A stretch of 64,000 bases of DNA. It comes from Neoechinorhynchus agilis (lineage: Eukaryota; Animalia; Acanthocephala). Where the stretch lies: positions 5,517,489 to 5,581,488 of the forward strand of contig CM121342.1 of NCBI GenBank assembly GCA_051530055.1, read 5' to 3'. The position numbers were made by a program, and so were the translations under genes. Below the pieces are notes generated by a model that worked only from the letters and a program-made list of their open reading frames with translations, did no database searches and was not told where the DNA came from. This document shows positions 11,474-25,169 of this stretch, in pieces. Numbering within the stretch: position 1 is the stretch's first letter; each line of letters starts with the position of its first letter.

Positions 11474-14400
11474 ATGATGTCCACTAATTCTGCTGATGAA
11501 GTAGGCCTATTTCCCCCGTCGTACTTCGCACTTCTTTGTTCAAGGCGTCCTCAGAATGCGATGAGTACCGAAATCCTAAATGGAATTCTACAGCATCCGG
11601 ACACGACAGCCCGACTTAGTCTTTTAAAGGCCCAGCTTTGTGGAGGTTGGGTTTACTCAGGATATTCCCGTTGTTGTTCATCAGACGACTTAGACGAAGC
11701 CTTTGTTAGTCTGAGTGGATGTGGATCTATGGAGTCCAGTGTTCAAAAGCGACCTCGATCGCAGTGTATTTCCTTCATTGACAATGTCTTTTGCGCGTTC
11801 GTTGATCGACTAGCGAACGAGAAACAAATTTGTGGTAAGGTATGGGGACCGCAGGAGCCCGGCTATCGGTGTCATAGCTGTGAAATGAGTCAATTCGCTT
11901 GTCTTTGCACAAGTTGCTTCAATCAAGGAAACCATTTCCAACACGACTACACTGTATTTCATTCACCAGTCGGAGGTGTTTGCGATTGTGGAGATGATAT
12001 TGCCTTCAAATCAGGAACGTTTTGTGCAAAACACGTCGTCGTGAGAAATCAGGAGTCTTCTAAGTTATCCGAACATGAGATGAATGCTTCACTCTTAACA
12101 GCAAAACCATTGTTGGCCATTTTAATGGAACGCATAGTTTGGAATCTTAGAATCATGCACTATTTTGATCTTAGCGATCACGAAGCTTCAATTGTAACGC
12201 TGAATCAAGAGTATGTGGTGTTCAAGGTCGCAAAGGAACTTGGACCAAACTGTATTCCGTCTTGGTACAATTCGGATTTTCTTGAGAAACTTCACCACGG
12301 TTATTGTCTAAACGCAGCAAATCTAAGCACCTCTACCGTTCTACAACACATTATAAAGCCGTGGTTCCGATGAGTTTTGTGGGTCATTCTAGTCGAGTTT
12401 CTTTAAATAGCCCATTTTAAAACCCCTCAAAAAGTCGTGCCACAAAAATAGTCCTTCGAAATTCGTTTTAAGGTTTCTAAGGACCCATGACAAGAGACAA
12501 ATACATTTCCCAATTCCAATCAAACGAATCTGAAATTGTGTTACTTTGTTGCCTGGAAATGAACGATTTGCTATTGAACTTTATATCAACGATTGCAAAG
12601 GACAGTTCTATTCTTGCGAAGGTGATATTGGATACCATGAATAGCAAGAGTGTTAGTTCGTTGGTTCCGCATTTGCTTGTAGATCGCATAGCTCGAACAA
12701 CGGGTCAAGTGACTCGATCCATCTCGAAATCCCATCTTTGTGGAACAGTACTAACCGAGTTCGTGTTCTGGTGCTGTATTACAAGATACCGAAACAATCT
12801 TAAGATGGTGCTGATCACTCTTGCTCTTCATCAGTGCAATAAGAAATCTCTGATCAAGGAGTACCTGGCAACCTATAGCCTCGCAAGTCGCATTCTTCAC
12901 ACAAGCCATGACATTGCAATGATGAACCGGATGATCCACTTCAGTGTAGCCATCTACTGCGACTTTTCACATTTCCACGATACAATGATATACTCCCAAA
13001 TGATCGGAACACTTCTAAACAGTCTTTGGATATCTCCTATTGAATGCGAGAACGGCTTAGTTGCTTGTCCAGTGCGATACGATTCTCGATCTAATAAAGA
13101 TAAAGTGATTGACTCTACTACTCATATGGTCCTTAACCATCTTCACCCTATGATTGAACTCTACTTAAGTTGGCAGGCATCCACTGAGATCATGATCGCC
13201 GTTTGCCATAAGACGGCGGTTGAGGTATTTATAAGCCAACCGAGATTGTTTGGAATGTGGCTGGACGTTGTGACTAGATTGCAAGGAATGACTTACCTTC
13301 GGGAATCCGACTTAAGTGAATCCTCCGACTCGTCGCATACCGTCATTGATGGACTATCGACAACTGAGTCGAAGGTATCAATGACTGAACTTCATGTTTG
13401 TGGAAGTATTCTTGGATCAGTGGCTAGGACCATTAAGCGAAGTATCAGTAACGAAGAAGCGGCGATCGCTAATAACGGTTTCAGTATCCGAAATGATGAT
13501 ACTTTAAGCAAATCGGTCGATATGTTATTCACGACGAACACACAAGGAGTTTTGTCTTTTAGAATGTGTTCATCGTTATGTGAAATGTTTAGCAGAGTCA
13601 TTTGAATTCGTTCGCCCCCCCCCGAGATCAATTAGATCTTTAATCTTTGAAAGAGTTTTTAAGCATACATAATTTATAGTTTCTTCAACGATCCCATTCA
13701 TCGGCGCTGGCCAATTTTTGGGCGAGGAACGAAGTCGATCTTGGATCTCCAGTCGCCGCGTTGATTCGTTTCCCCAAGTCCTTCAGGAGGAGGGCCAAGG
13801 TACGTTTCCACACCGAAGGGGACAAAATGGTAATTTCGGATTAGCTCAATTTTCGAGATTAAATCGTTAACTTATTACAAAAACCATGTAATTTCGGGTT
13901 TTCTTTGGATTCAAATGACTTTGTGATTTACTTACCAGTAATCCAATCAACCCAGCAGTTTTGTTGTCTAACATCTTGCAGGTCCTAAATAACCTTGGCT
14001 CTTGGTTCAACAACGTCGGTCTAACATGCAATCTTATTTCATCACACGAATCAGCTCGCATAGCAAATGTGAATCTTGACCTCTCAGTGACATTCCAACT
14101 CCCTCTACACCGAATCCTCTCAAATTTCTTATTTATTTTGATAGATCGCTTTCGGTTCTCGGCGAACCAGATATTTAAAGTCGTCCAAACACAAATGCAT
14201 GCGGCCACACGACTCCTGGAACTGATCATCGTTCATCCAGTTCAACTCCAGTACGCAATATCCCGATCCGAATCGAATCCCACAGTCAGTCAAAAGCATC
14301 GAAGAAGTTCTCTACTGTACATGTGCACGAAATCATTTGCTGGATCGCCATCGATTGATCGTGATCGATTTCTCATTCAAGCACTCTGTTCAACGCTCCC

Positions 14401-17400
14401 AACTGACATTGTCATGTACACTTTATTGAGAAGATTTCGAGTATTTGGCGATTACTTTGAAAAACCCGGTGACTTGATCGAATACTTTAACGAATTGAAC
14501 AATGACGACTCACGCTTTTCATCGCGAATCCATTGTGAATTGCTTGAATCACTGATGTGTTTTATCGCTCAATTGCTGGCTGTTAGTATCTCACTGGATC
14601 CAATGGATCCAGAAACGCTGACAAAAGAAGCCATTGCAATTTTATGCATTGAAAACAAATCGTTTTCGGAAATAGAGAACTCATTACCTGCATACACACG
14701 AAACTCACGATGCAGAACCATTCTGTGCTCGGTGATTAAATCGATTGCGGAATTCATTCCACCTGAAATCGTTGATGGGAAACCTCGTCCTGGATACTTT
14801 AGGCTCAATGACAACAGTCGATATTTCGATCCCCTTTTCGTTATGTACCGAAGTATTCTCAGACCTGAATGGTATCTGAAAGCAATGGCTCATTATGTGA
14901 AATGGATTAGGAAAGTGAGACCGGATATCCCGGAATCTGTTCTTAGGAAACTATGGCCTCCACTTTGCACCCAAAACGTGAATACGGACTGTAACAGACT
15001 TGTAGAATCTCGATTCCTCCATCAATTCATCTATCTTCTTCTTCGATCGTATTTGAAATGTGATAAGATTGGCGAACGTACACTCAATTTCTGTGTGTAC
15101 TTGCTAAGAATTGGTCTAGAATCAAAGATAACTCGTGACAATGAAGAACCGTCCTTAAAATGTATCTATAAAACGAATGATTTATCGACTAATGTATTTA
15201 TGCCCGTTAAAGATTTAATGTTTACCGAATCTTCACATGAGCGATGTTCTGAGCCAACTTGTATACGATGCAAAGCAAACAAGTCTACAAAAATAGAAGT
15301 GTTTGATGCAAACAACGATTTAAAAGAAACCAGCATTGCAAGTTTTCTTATTGAAATTCTAAATAAAGACAGTCAACATGGAACAACCAAGGCCGTTCTC
15401 AGATTATCGGACCGACAACGCGTCCTAAAGCTCATCGAAAGTGAGCATCTTATTGAAATTGAGAATGGAATTTGTGTTGGAACGGAAATTGCGCACATTG
15501 CAACTCTACTAAGACTTATTCGTAAACTCGGAGAGAGTCAATTTCAGTATTGGCTTAGTCAATTATCTGACAAACCCGTACCTAAGACTTCGATTGTGGC
15601 CGAAAATGCCATCAAGGATAAGATAAGAGAAGAGTTTATTAAAAAACAACTCCAGTTCGCTCAAACCGTCGTTGGGCCAATTGTGAACAATGTTAACGGC
15701 GAATTCGATCGATATTGTGTCATTTGCCGCGAGGATTGCTCAGATCTACCACTGGGACTTGTTTCTTACAACCAACGAACAGACGTGGCTTCGAGGCAAT
15801 TCGTCAGTTTAACTCCAAGGGATAATCAGGAATACGACTGTGTAGACACGGCCTACGCTAAATTATTGCAAGATTTCACAAAAAACGCGGTTTTACTGCG
15901 AGTTCTCAGTGAAGATTTGAAGCTCAAATTGGCCAAATTCGCTACCCTGAGACTAAAAACGCTTAGTTCAAATGAGGAGTATTCAAAAAAGTCAGAATCC
16001 TCAATCGACGTCGGCATCCATGAAACCGCATTTAATTCAACGGAAATCACCGTTACAGATGGATCTTTGGTGACAACACAAACGTTGAAAGTAGAAAATG
16101 ACAGTTCGGCGATCGATACTACCGAAAATCTTTCAAATGATCACGCGGAACATGATGATAATCCAGTGAAAGGTCAAAAAGTGGCTCATTTGTCAAATGC
16201 AAACTTCAACGATTACAATTATTTTCAATCCTGTGGCCATTTTGCTCATCTAAAATGTATAAGTGGTCATTCCGATGGACTTACGGATTTTGAGTGCCCC
16301 GTCTGTCGAAGACGATGCAACTCCATTATTCCTATGATAGGCAAGAGTCTCGAACACAAATCCAAGGAAATTGCATTGGATTTTGTAGATCGCGCTATGC
16401 CTAATATTCATTGGAATGATATGAGTTTTGTAGAGTTTTTAAGAGCTCAACTGGAATCAGATTTATTGGGAGATTTTAGAAGAAGGTCGTATAAATCAAC
16501 GAGGATTATAGGAGAATGTGTTAATATTTTCCGAAGTCTTCTTAATCGACAATCGGTACATTTCAATTATTTATTGTCTAGTCTGGAGTTGCGCTCGTCG
16601 TTGGAGTCATCTTATATCCCGATTCTCTTCTACGACCCATTGATAGTAATGATTAATTTGATTCTGTTTGGAACAAAATCTCCATCCGAAACACTCGATG
16701 AGAATGTTCAGTCTGTGTTTGAACTTAGCTTATCTCAAGCGATGATTGCGATTTCATTGGCGGGTAATAGAAATGAAGTGGATACTTGCGATGAGGTGAG
16801 CCGATGTCTCGAAAGGATCACTACCGAGCTCAAAAGTTGTGGATTTCCGATCAAGGAATCACTACGAAAACCGATCAACCTCAAACATATAATGATGGTT
16901 CTTCAACATAAAATAGTGAGGGGTTTAGCTTTCCTAAGGCTTTCAATTATGGACCCGACGAATCCACCATCTTCAATTGTTTATTTAATTAATAAGTCGA
17001 ACACCATTGATCAGACCGATCAGCCGATTGAATCATTTGCAGAATTATGTGAATGGATTGGTGTGAATGAAACAGAGGCGTGGGACGGAGACAAACTAAG
17101 CGTTAAATGCAGATTTTGGATTGATCAAGTTTTTGAAGGGCGACACGATGCGTCCATGTACTACACTCTGATTGGTGCAGTTTGTAATTTTGAAGGATTT
17201 GCATGTCGAACTCTTCTTCAACCGAATTTAATGCCTCTTCCTGCACGTCTAAATACTCTTCACAAACAAGTGGCTTTATTCACTTGTCCTGACTGCCGTT
17301 CGATGCCCTTTACGAATCATCTTAAATATCGACCGGATGATATTAAGGTTTGCCTTCTATGCTCCATTGCGTACGCTTCTTCAGGCAGTGATTGTGCGGA

Positions 17401-17701
17401 AATCACGTGCTGTGAGAAAATAAGGCGAAAATGGGCAATGCATTCAAGAACTGGGTTGTGTAATAATAAACATTTAGGCTTAGAGATGAACTTAAGGAAT
17501 TCGATTGTCAGAATTTATGGAAACGATGGATCTTCATATGAATGGGGTGGACTCTATCTGGACGAAAATGGAGAAGAAGATGTGGAATTAGGAAGGGGAA
17601 GACCACTTATTTTGAACGAAAAAAGATTTATGTACTTGCAAGAACACTGGATTAATGTTACACTCAATGCTACTTCATCGACGACTACTGATGATGGTTG
17701 A
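11474..17701 (+). CDS. UBR3: UBR3-type E3 ubiquitin ligase (UBR box plus split RING-H2), two inferred introns
   Basis: UBR box CGKVWGPQEPGYRCHSC...CDCGD; TEFVFWC...NRMIHFSV; VTFQLPLHR; CVIC...CGHFAHLKC...CPVCR; C-terminal YLDENGEEDVELGRGRPL. Confidence 0.9.
13695..13832 (-). mobile_element. CRE-like RLE fragment inside the second UBR3 intron
   Basis: Minus strand reads FVPFGVETYLGP..LLKDLGKRINAATGDPRSTSFLAQK; near-identical to 54213-54370. Confidence 0.7.
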
Positions 17702-18936
17702 TCTGCAGAAGTCGTATTAAATCCTTTTTTCTCATCAATTTATGTTTCGTGGAAGGCGTTTTTTTCTTTGAACGCTCATCATTATTACGACAAATATAGC
17801 TTTTTTTATAGCAAAATTATCCAGTTTGCAAAAAAAACGAACTTGAGAAAAAATAGACTGATGAAGAAAACAAATTCAATCTATTGGCTGGATCAGTCGA
17901 AAGCGTTTCCTCTCGTTGCACAGCCAGACTTTAAAAAAGGTTAAAATAAATCTATATCAATTTTCATCATAAAACGTTAATTGAACGCATTATTAAGATC
18001 TAGGCTTTATAATGGATTTACAATGACGTGAAATTTGAAATGGTGACCTTAATAGGTTAGAAGCGAAAGCTACTTGCTACTCTCGAATGATCGATGTGAT
18101 GATATTTAAGAATACGTACAAGGACATTAAAGTAAAAGATACTTTGGAATATTTTTTAGATAAATCAACAATTGCACATTTTATATTGATTGAATTACTC
18201 AATTTGTTGTCTTCAAATGTTATGTTTGTTCGGCAGCTTTCTTGATGGCCGCGTTGGGTCGCCCCGCGCTGATTCGCTGCAACAGGAAGCATTTTTTTTC
18301 GTTGATTTATACCCAGTATTTCGTTGTTGTCTTTGTATATTTTTTAAATTGAATTCATATAAACTTCGATTCGGTTTCTTTTAAGCATTAATGTATATTG
18401 CGGATTATGTCATGACGGTCTCACATCAATGATAATTAAATATTTTATTGCCTCCTTCATCTAATTTTGACAAACTTGGTCACGGCAATATTAGCAACTG
18501 CGAAGCGTTTCTCTATATTAGTAAAGAGAGATACCGAATTCTCGTACACGCGTTAATTCGGTTTGTTTTCGCTGCGTCCACCAATGATTGATCGAGCAAT
18601 CAGACTTTTTTCACGTTCCATCTCTCCTGAGATTGCTTGTTAATCACAATATGCAATCATTAGACTGTCATGAGACATTTAATCATTTCGTATGTTTGCC
18701 GAGAATGCCGAACTAGATTGTGGTTGGAAGAAGATATGCGATCAATCACCGTTTATATTCCTAATTAAATTCTGACAAGTTCTTTCCATAATCTGCGAAC
18801 CAATCAAATGCCGACACGCTATAACGAGAAGAGATATTACTACACGAGCACTTTTAGAGCAACATGCCAAGAGTTCTTCAGTATAGATATAAATCGTCGA
18901 ACAGCTTTGGGATTGAAAAGAGTGGTTCCTTTTTTG

Positions 18937-20133
18937 ATGACAGGGACAAAGAGACGACCATCATTCCTGATCGATGATATACTTAGAAACCACAATGATG
19001 ACCATAAAATCTCCGCCGCTCAATCAACTTTGGGCTCTTTTAAACGACCAAAAATCGAAGATAACGAAGAACGGAGAGGTATAACGCTCCTGGCAGCGCA
19101 ACAATCCTCCTCCTCCCAACTACTTAATCTCCCATCTTGGATATTTTGTACAAGGTATTCTGACCGACCTGGCTCAGGTAATTAAAAAAAGAATATCATC
19201 AGGAAAATTTTTCGAGTTCCAAATTCTTACACAATTTCTTCTTCACCTACTTGTTTCAAAAACTTTTATTGCATTACAGTGATCGATTTGTTGAATAACG
19301 ACGAACAGCGGAGATTCAGACCCAAGCTTAGTAGCACTCCGTTAATATATCCAAGTATTCTAACATCAGGTACGTTCTTGGCGATCCATAGTTTAATGGA
19401 GAAAATCTTGAAGAATTTCAAGCTGCGCACAACTTCATTGGTCCATTTGTTATGTATTTTCCAAAAAACCTAATGGTTTAGTGTTCTTTAGCCAATCAGG
19501 ATCTTTGCCACGTGCGCGCTAAGTCACCGATTCGTCATTATGAATAGAACTCCTCTTTTTTTCCCATAGAGTGGTGAAAAAAATTAATCTTTGAGGGCGG
19601 TGAATTTAATTGGGTAGTATAGTTAAAAGCCTAAAAAATATAGCAGTTTGAAACAAGTAGCCATATTAGAAAATCTATTTTGTTTACGAAGCGAAAAACA
19701 ATTTTTTTACGATTCGGGTTTTTTTCACAACCAAAGTCTGAAAATCCACGAAACTGTTCTTTTTTTTCAGATTAGAAGCGAAAATGAAGTTTGAAGAGCA
19801 CATTTTTATTTGTACGTCTCTAGAAATCTTTTTTTTTGCTGTTGCCATTTAGGCCAAAGGTCGAAGAGATCGAAAAATCGTAATGGTGATAACAATCACG
19901 GTACAGTTGAAACAAAACGACCACGAACGGCATTTAATTACCACCAACTAAATAGACTTCGTGAGGAGTTCAATCGTTGTCCGTACTTGACAAGCGATCG
20001 TAGATTCGTCCTTGCGAGAGATTTATGCTTAAACGAGTCTCAAATTAAGATATGGTTCCAGAATAAGCGGGCAAAAGTAAAGAAGGCTTCATCTGGCCAA
20101 TCGAATGATTGTATTAAACCCAAGAGTGAATGA
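18937..20133 (+). CDS. en: Engrailed homeodomain protein, 2 exons (intron 19178-19852)
   Basis: EH1-like [10 protein letters not shown]2 [16 protein letters not shown], homeodomain KRPRTAF...[19 protein letters not shown]; the phase-1 GT-AG intron joins in frame. Confidence 0.92.
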
Positions 20134-20408
20134 TAAGAGTGCACAAAATTTTTTTAGGTTCAGTGTGTGTTTTTCACAATAATTTTCAGCAATAAGCGAG
20201 AGCATCTTCTTTTTCTTCAAATTCGACGTTCTTTTTAAGAAGGAGAGACGAAAAAAATCGACTTTGAACTGGGAAATTGTTGCTAACAAAATACTCGGTT
20301 GTTTTTTGCGACCAAAAATAGACACAACAATCGATATTTTATTTTAAATCCATTGATTTCGGTTATATTGCTATGCTTTCGATGAGCCTAAACATTCACA
20401 CAGAGAAA

Positions 20409-22334
20409 TCACGAATAAAGTTTCAGTGCGTAAAATGCTGATTTCAAGGACCTACTTTTCTTTGACCACCATTTTTTTACTCTTTCCCAAATAGACAACT
20501 TTTGCGGCCCAAAGTTTTCTAACCTTATTTTTGGACTGACTCTCCAATAAAACGCGACCTCACCTTTTAGATCAGGTTCTTCTTGTTCCACATTTACTGT
20601 ACCATCCATGCCACCTCCAAAAAACGAGTTCAACTCGTGCCTTGCAAATTGGTTCATCAGAGACTTTTGTTCGTCGGACAACCGTCTATAAATGAACATT
20701 TGAACAACGTTAGATCACACAATGGAAACCTGGGCGTTTTAATTTTTATATGGACGTAATGGTCTCCGTGGCCAGGTGAGTTTAGTCGTCGAATACCACG
20801 TCCACGGGAACAGATCGTTTGATGTGAGTCGGTCAAAGATGGGATATTCACTGAGTAGTCTTCGTAGACGCCTTTAACATTGACGGCACCACCCAGTACG
20901 GCTTGACTGATCGTTATGGTGACTTCCGAATGAACATCATCGCCTTCCCGTCTAAATAGCTCACTATTTTTTACCTTACATTGACGAAAATAAATTAAAC
21001 AGTAAAAAGAAATGGAAAACTAACGTGGATAGTGACAAATACGTCGTTTCCTCGAAGTTTCATCACTAATGTTTGCCGATCACGAACGCCTAAGAATTTG
21101 TGGGTTTTTGCGAAATTAACAGAGTAAGCTAACCGGCCGGAATGGAGACATCGAATCTCTCCGTTTGGTACCGACTTCCTTGGCCTTTGCAACCATAACA
21201 TGGCCGCGTAATTCGAGATCCTTTGCCAAGACACGACCTACAAGTGGTCATCATAAAATGTGGTCCAGTTTGAATCGTTTCCTGAATTCAGAAAAGTCAC
21301 ACACACACACAAATATGAGACATCTCACCATTCCTCGTCCTCCACAAGTACTACATTTCTCAGCTTTTGAACCTGGTTGACACCGTGAACCATTACAAAT
21401 GGAACATGTTGTGAGGATGTCTACAGCCAACTGCTTCCGAATTCCTTTGACCGCTTCGTCAAACGTGAGATTGAGGTCGAATTCAGATTGAAGTACTCGA
21501 GGTCCTTGCTGATGTTTCGTCGATGAATCAAAACCAAATGCAGCACTAGTCCAATCGCCAAAAGCACTCGAACCAAAGGTGTCTTGAAAGATCTTCCTAA
21601 ATCGAATCACTTTGAAGATTTTGATTCTCCACACACACACACCAAAAAAACTAACCTAAACAACTCCTCAGCGTCAACGTTTCCATGAAACACAAACTCT
21701 TCGTTTCCGCGTCCACTCGGATACTGTTTTGACCAGGAGGAGGAGGAACTTCCGGAAAATGACGATTTGGCGTGTCGTAATTGATCGTATTGGAATCGTT
21801 TATCATTATCGCTCAGAACCTGGCAGCCAATTAGAACATTATTGGGAATGGGGTCCAATCACCTCGTAGGCTTCGGCTACTTCTTGAAACTTTTTAGCCG
21901 CTTCTGGGTTATTTTTGTTCACATCCGGATGATACTTCTTTGCTAACTTACAGAAATCAAAAACCACCAAGGAGGTAATTTAAGCAGCAAAAAGGAGAGA
22001 AAACCTCAATGTAGGCTTTCTTGATAGTCTTAAGATCCGCGTCTTTATTAACATTGAGGACTTTGTAGTAATCGATTGAAGTTGATCCTCGATAAACGTA
22101 CTCACCAGCACCCAATAATCGTCGTTGATCTTAACAACAACAAATTCGAAAAAAAAGAAGTCTAAAACTCTTACCCCGATTGAGCGGCTTATCGATTGTT
22201 ACAAGTAATGTCTTCGATAAAAATGACAAGTAACCAATTGATCGATTAGACATTACGCTCGATTCGGAAATCAATAGTTGTAGTGAGCTTCCAAGAAGTT
22301 TCGGAGCTCTTCGACTCAACGAATAAAAGACCAT
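20409..22334 (-). CDS. DNAJA3: Type I DnaJ, mitochondrial Tid1/DNAJA3-like, multi-exon
   Basis: N-terminal presequence, J domain DYYKVLNV...YHPDVNK, four CxxCxGxG-type repeats, GRGI...[10 protein letters not shown]-terminal substrate-binding domain. Confidence 0.85.
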
Positions 22335-22355
22335 CGGTCTGAAACAAAAATCCAA

Positions 22356-22824
22356 TGACGTCACACACACACAATCGGTTTGTTGGTATTCGAAATCAAC
22401 GTGTGAAAAACACAAGAAACCATTAAATATGCAAGGTTTTTTTTCTCAATGATTTCTAATTTTGTCGACGGGAACAAAAACTTGCGATTCTTCCGGTTCT
22501 AAATTAAATATCGCAATTTCGCACAAATGCACTCAAAAAAATATGGATGCGTTCAACGTTTGCGCTGCTTCGCTACTTTTCTCTTTTTTCGTGTAAGTTT
22601 TTAAATATGTGTGAGTTTTGGTCAAGGGATTATTTTTTAGGTCTAACCCCGAATTATTTTATCGGTATTTTGTGTGTTTGTTTGAATTTTAAGATTTTTC
22701 TTGTACGTTGGATTAGATCTTTTTTCGCCTAAAATTTTATCAATTCTCTCTCCCTCAAAAAAGATTAAAATTCGTTTACTTTCATGGAGACAACAAAAAG
22801 GTTTAAGGACGCATGACGTCATGC
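22356..22824. promoter_or_regulatory. Divergent DNAJA3/MTA promoter with two TGACGTCA (CREB/ATF-type) palindromes
   Basis: TGACGTCA at 22356-22363 and 22814-22821; the second lies inside the 14-bp palindrome GCATGACGTCATGC. Function is inferred only. Confidence 0.45.
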
Positions 22825-22940
22825 GCGCGACTTTAAAAGATCCACATTCGCGGTTTCTTCCACGGACGATTCAGATCCTCTCTGATTCTCTAGCGCGCAG
22901 TGCCTCAAATTCGTCCCAGCGCTTCATTTTAGACAAACGA

Positions 22941-25118
22941 ATGGCCGATCTTGTTTTTCGTCGTGGAGAATTCGTGTACTGTGAGGACGATACAAAATTG
23001 GACACCCCATGGACGATTCGCCGGATTGATTCCATAATCTCGGACTCTTGTGGAGCATTCAGCGTTCGTGCCGTCCGTTGTTATCGCACTCACGATCTTC
23101 CATCTCATTTGATCCGTAGATTGGATCAAAAGACAAATCCGGCGGTGAATGATGGTGTAGCGCCGGACCCGCTATCGAGCAACTCATCCTGCGAAATGCT
23201 ATCTCGAATTAGATGCCAAAATATGTGTCTAAGTCCTGATCAATATCGACAAATCCAATTCCGAGAAGTGTATCCTTCGAAACAAATCGATACCATAGCG
23301 GGATCAAGTCTCAGAGGGAAGTGTCGCGTATTTAGGTTCCTAGAGGAGGTTGAGAGTCTAGAAAGTTATCTGGAACAAGATAACGTTTATCTGTTTCGAA
23401 TCGGTTATAATCCGGAAAAACTCGATTTCGAACCATGTGGTAACGTCATCAGAGTTGGTTCAAAGTACCAGGTTTCCGTGCTTCCTGAAGTCGGCTCCAA
23501 AGACGACGACGACGAGGACGAAGGCTGTACAGCTCTGTGGTTGAACGAAGAAGCAGAGTCTAAAGGTTGCACACAGCCGGATGTGGATGCTGTTGTTAAA
23601 GGAATCCACTCGTGCGGAATGTTCGATCGGTCCTTGTGCCAATCGGCCACTACATCACCCGCATTAATGCTCACACCAACCGATTTGGATTTTACAAAAC
23701 GAAAACAACAAGTTTCAGATCTGTTTCGTTGTCTTTGCCAATCCACGCGAGATATTAGCGTTCAACGCGCTCACAATATCATTCACGAATGCAACTATGA
23801 CCTCAAACGCGTATTTTTAAGGATCTTTAAATTCGGAGATGAACGCGACTTTTACGATCAATTCGAGCAGTTTTCTCCCAGTGAAATTAGTCTGTTTGAA
23901 GAAGGTCTACTTAAATTTGGCCGTAATTTCAGCAAGATTCGATCATCTCTTCTTCCTTACAAATCAACTAGCGATCTCGTTGAACTTTACTATGGATACA
24001 AGTCCACCGATAGATACATGAGACTCAAATCTTCTTTGACGCGTAGTAATCACCAATCGAGTTCGTATGGAGGATGCGAAAAGACTCGCCAATTTCTGGT
24101 ACTAACTCAACGCCCAACTAATCCACATCGAATATTCGGCATTCTACCCAATCAGTCGTGCCAGTCTTGTGGAATACGGGATGCCAACAGTTGGTATAAA
24201 GCCAATGGACATGGTACTTTGTGCCATGGATGTTATGTTTTTCTAAGACAATACGGACATTTGAGGACAGCCATTGATTTTGAACGAGTACCAGCTCCAG
24301 AGGAACCTATCACTTGTCCAGAATGCGGTAAAGTTAGTCGATCTCTGGACGTCGCTCGTCGACACATGATGATTTCGCATTGTCGGCCAAATCCGTCGGA
24401 CACTGCCACCACCAATGGTCGATTAAATTTCTGGTTTATGCCCACTGAGAAGACTCGAGCCTTTAGAGCAATTGATCCAATCAATCTTAGATTCAGAAAC
24501 GGACTTGCGAATTTCGCTAGTAGACTAGAACAAAAGTCTTATGATGAAATGCAAGCCGTCCTTAATGCGAACTCTTTAGACACCATCACTCGGGCAGTTG
24601 TGGCTTACGAGGAACCACGTCCACCGGCACCCATATCAACGAACGTCTTGAACTTGAGCGTACAGCGAGCACTAAGTCAAGGTGCGAGTGGGGAATCGAT
24701 TTGTACCGATTTCAGACGACGAGAACCATTCAGGCACTTATTGGAAATCGGAAAGAGAGAATTCGATGCTTTTTTTCACTCAAAAGCTTCAGAGATTGAA
24801 GAACGAGAGACGGTTGATCTTCGACCGCGAATGAGACTTCTTCCTTCACGTACTACACAAGCCGGCGGCGGCGGCGGCGGTGCGATCGAAACTAGTGTAC
24901 CCGTAAAAACTCATGGAATTCATAGGAGTCTCCTTAGTGACATTGAACACATGGAGGCACATCAAGTAGAGAATCTAGCTGCAATTTTGAGCGGATGGGT
25001 CGATCTTGTCGATGGACCATTCTTTATTATTACGCCTGAACAACAACAAACGAGGCGTGTTCTCGATAAACAAACTGCAAGACTGTGTGCTCGGGCTCCT
25101 CATTTGCCCACCATCTGA
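22941..25118 (+). CDS. MTA1: Metastasis-associated (MTA) NuRD subunit: BAH-ELM2-SANT-GATA, intronless
   Basis: MADLVFRRGEFVYCED (MTA-type start), IRVGSKYQ, SANT ending YYGYKSTDRY, CQSC...CHGC finger, C-terminal RBBP-binding-like repeats. True start is 22941, not 22701. Confidence 0.9.
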   Translation: MADLVFRRGEFVYCEDDTKLDTPWTIRRIDSIISDSCGAFSVRAVRCYRTHDLPSHLIRRLDQKTNPAVNDGVAPDPLSSNSSCEMLSRIRCQNMCLSPDQYRQIQFREVYPSKQIDTIAGSSLRGKCRVFRFLEEVESLESYLEQDNVYLFRIGYNPEKLDFEPCGNVIRVGSKYQVSVLPEVGSKDDDDEDEGCTALWLNEEAESKGCTQPDVDAVVKGIHSCGMFDRSLCQSATTSPALMLTPTDLDFTKRKQQVSDLFRCLCQSTRDISVQRAHNIIHECNYDLKRVFLRIFKFGDERDFYDQFEQFSPSEISLFEEGLLKFGRNFSKIRSSLLPYKSTSDLVELYYGYKSTDRYMRLKSSLTRSNHQSSSYGGCEKTRQFLVLTQRPTNPHRIFGILPNQSCQSCGIRDANSWYKANGHGTLCHGCYVFLRQYGHLRTAIDFERVPAPEEPITCPECGKVSRSLDVARRHMMISHCRPNPSDTATTNGRLNFWFMPTEKTRAFRAIDPINLRFRNGLANFASRLEQKSYDEMQAVLNANSLDTITRAVVAYEEPRPPAPISTNVLNLSVQRALSQGASGESICTDFRRREPFRHLLEIGKREFDAFFHSKASEIEERETVDLRPRMRLLPSRTTQAGGGGGGAIETSVPVKTHGIHRSLLSDIEHMEAHQVENLAAILSGWVDLVDGPFFIITPEQQQTRRVLDKQTARLCARAPHLPTI

Positions 25119-25169
25119 CGAGAACGACGTCGAGCAAACTGTACAATAAATCAATATGTTTTCTTTGTC

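Noticed and set aside
22701-22940. 80-codon N-terminal extension of MTA (likewise GINS2 8678, SRSF2 29933, UBR3 11405)
   Set aside because: They begin at non-ATG codons, and family similarity starts at the downstream ATG.
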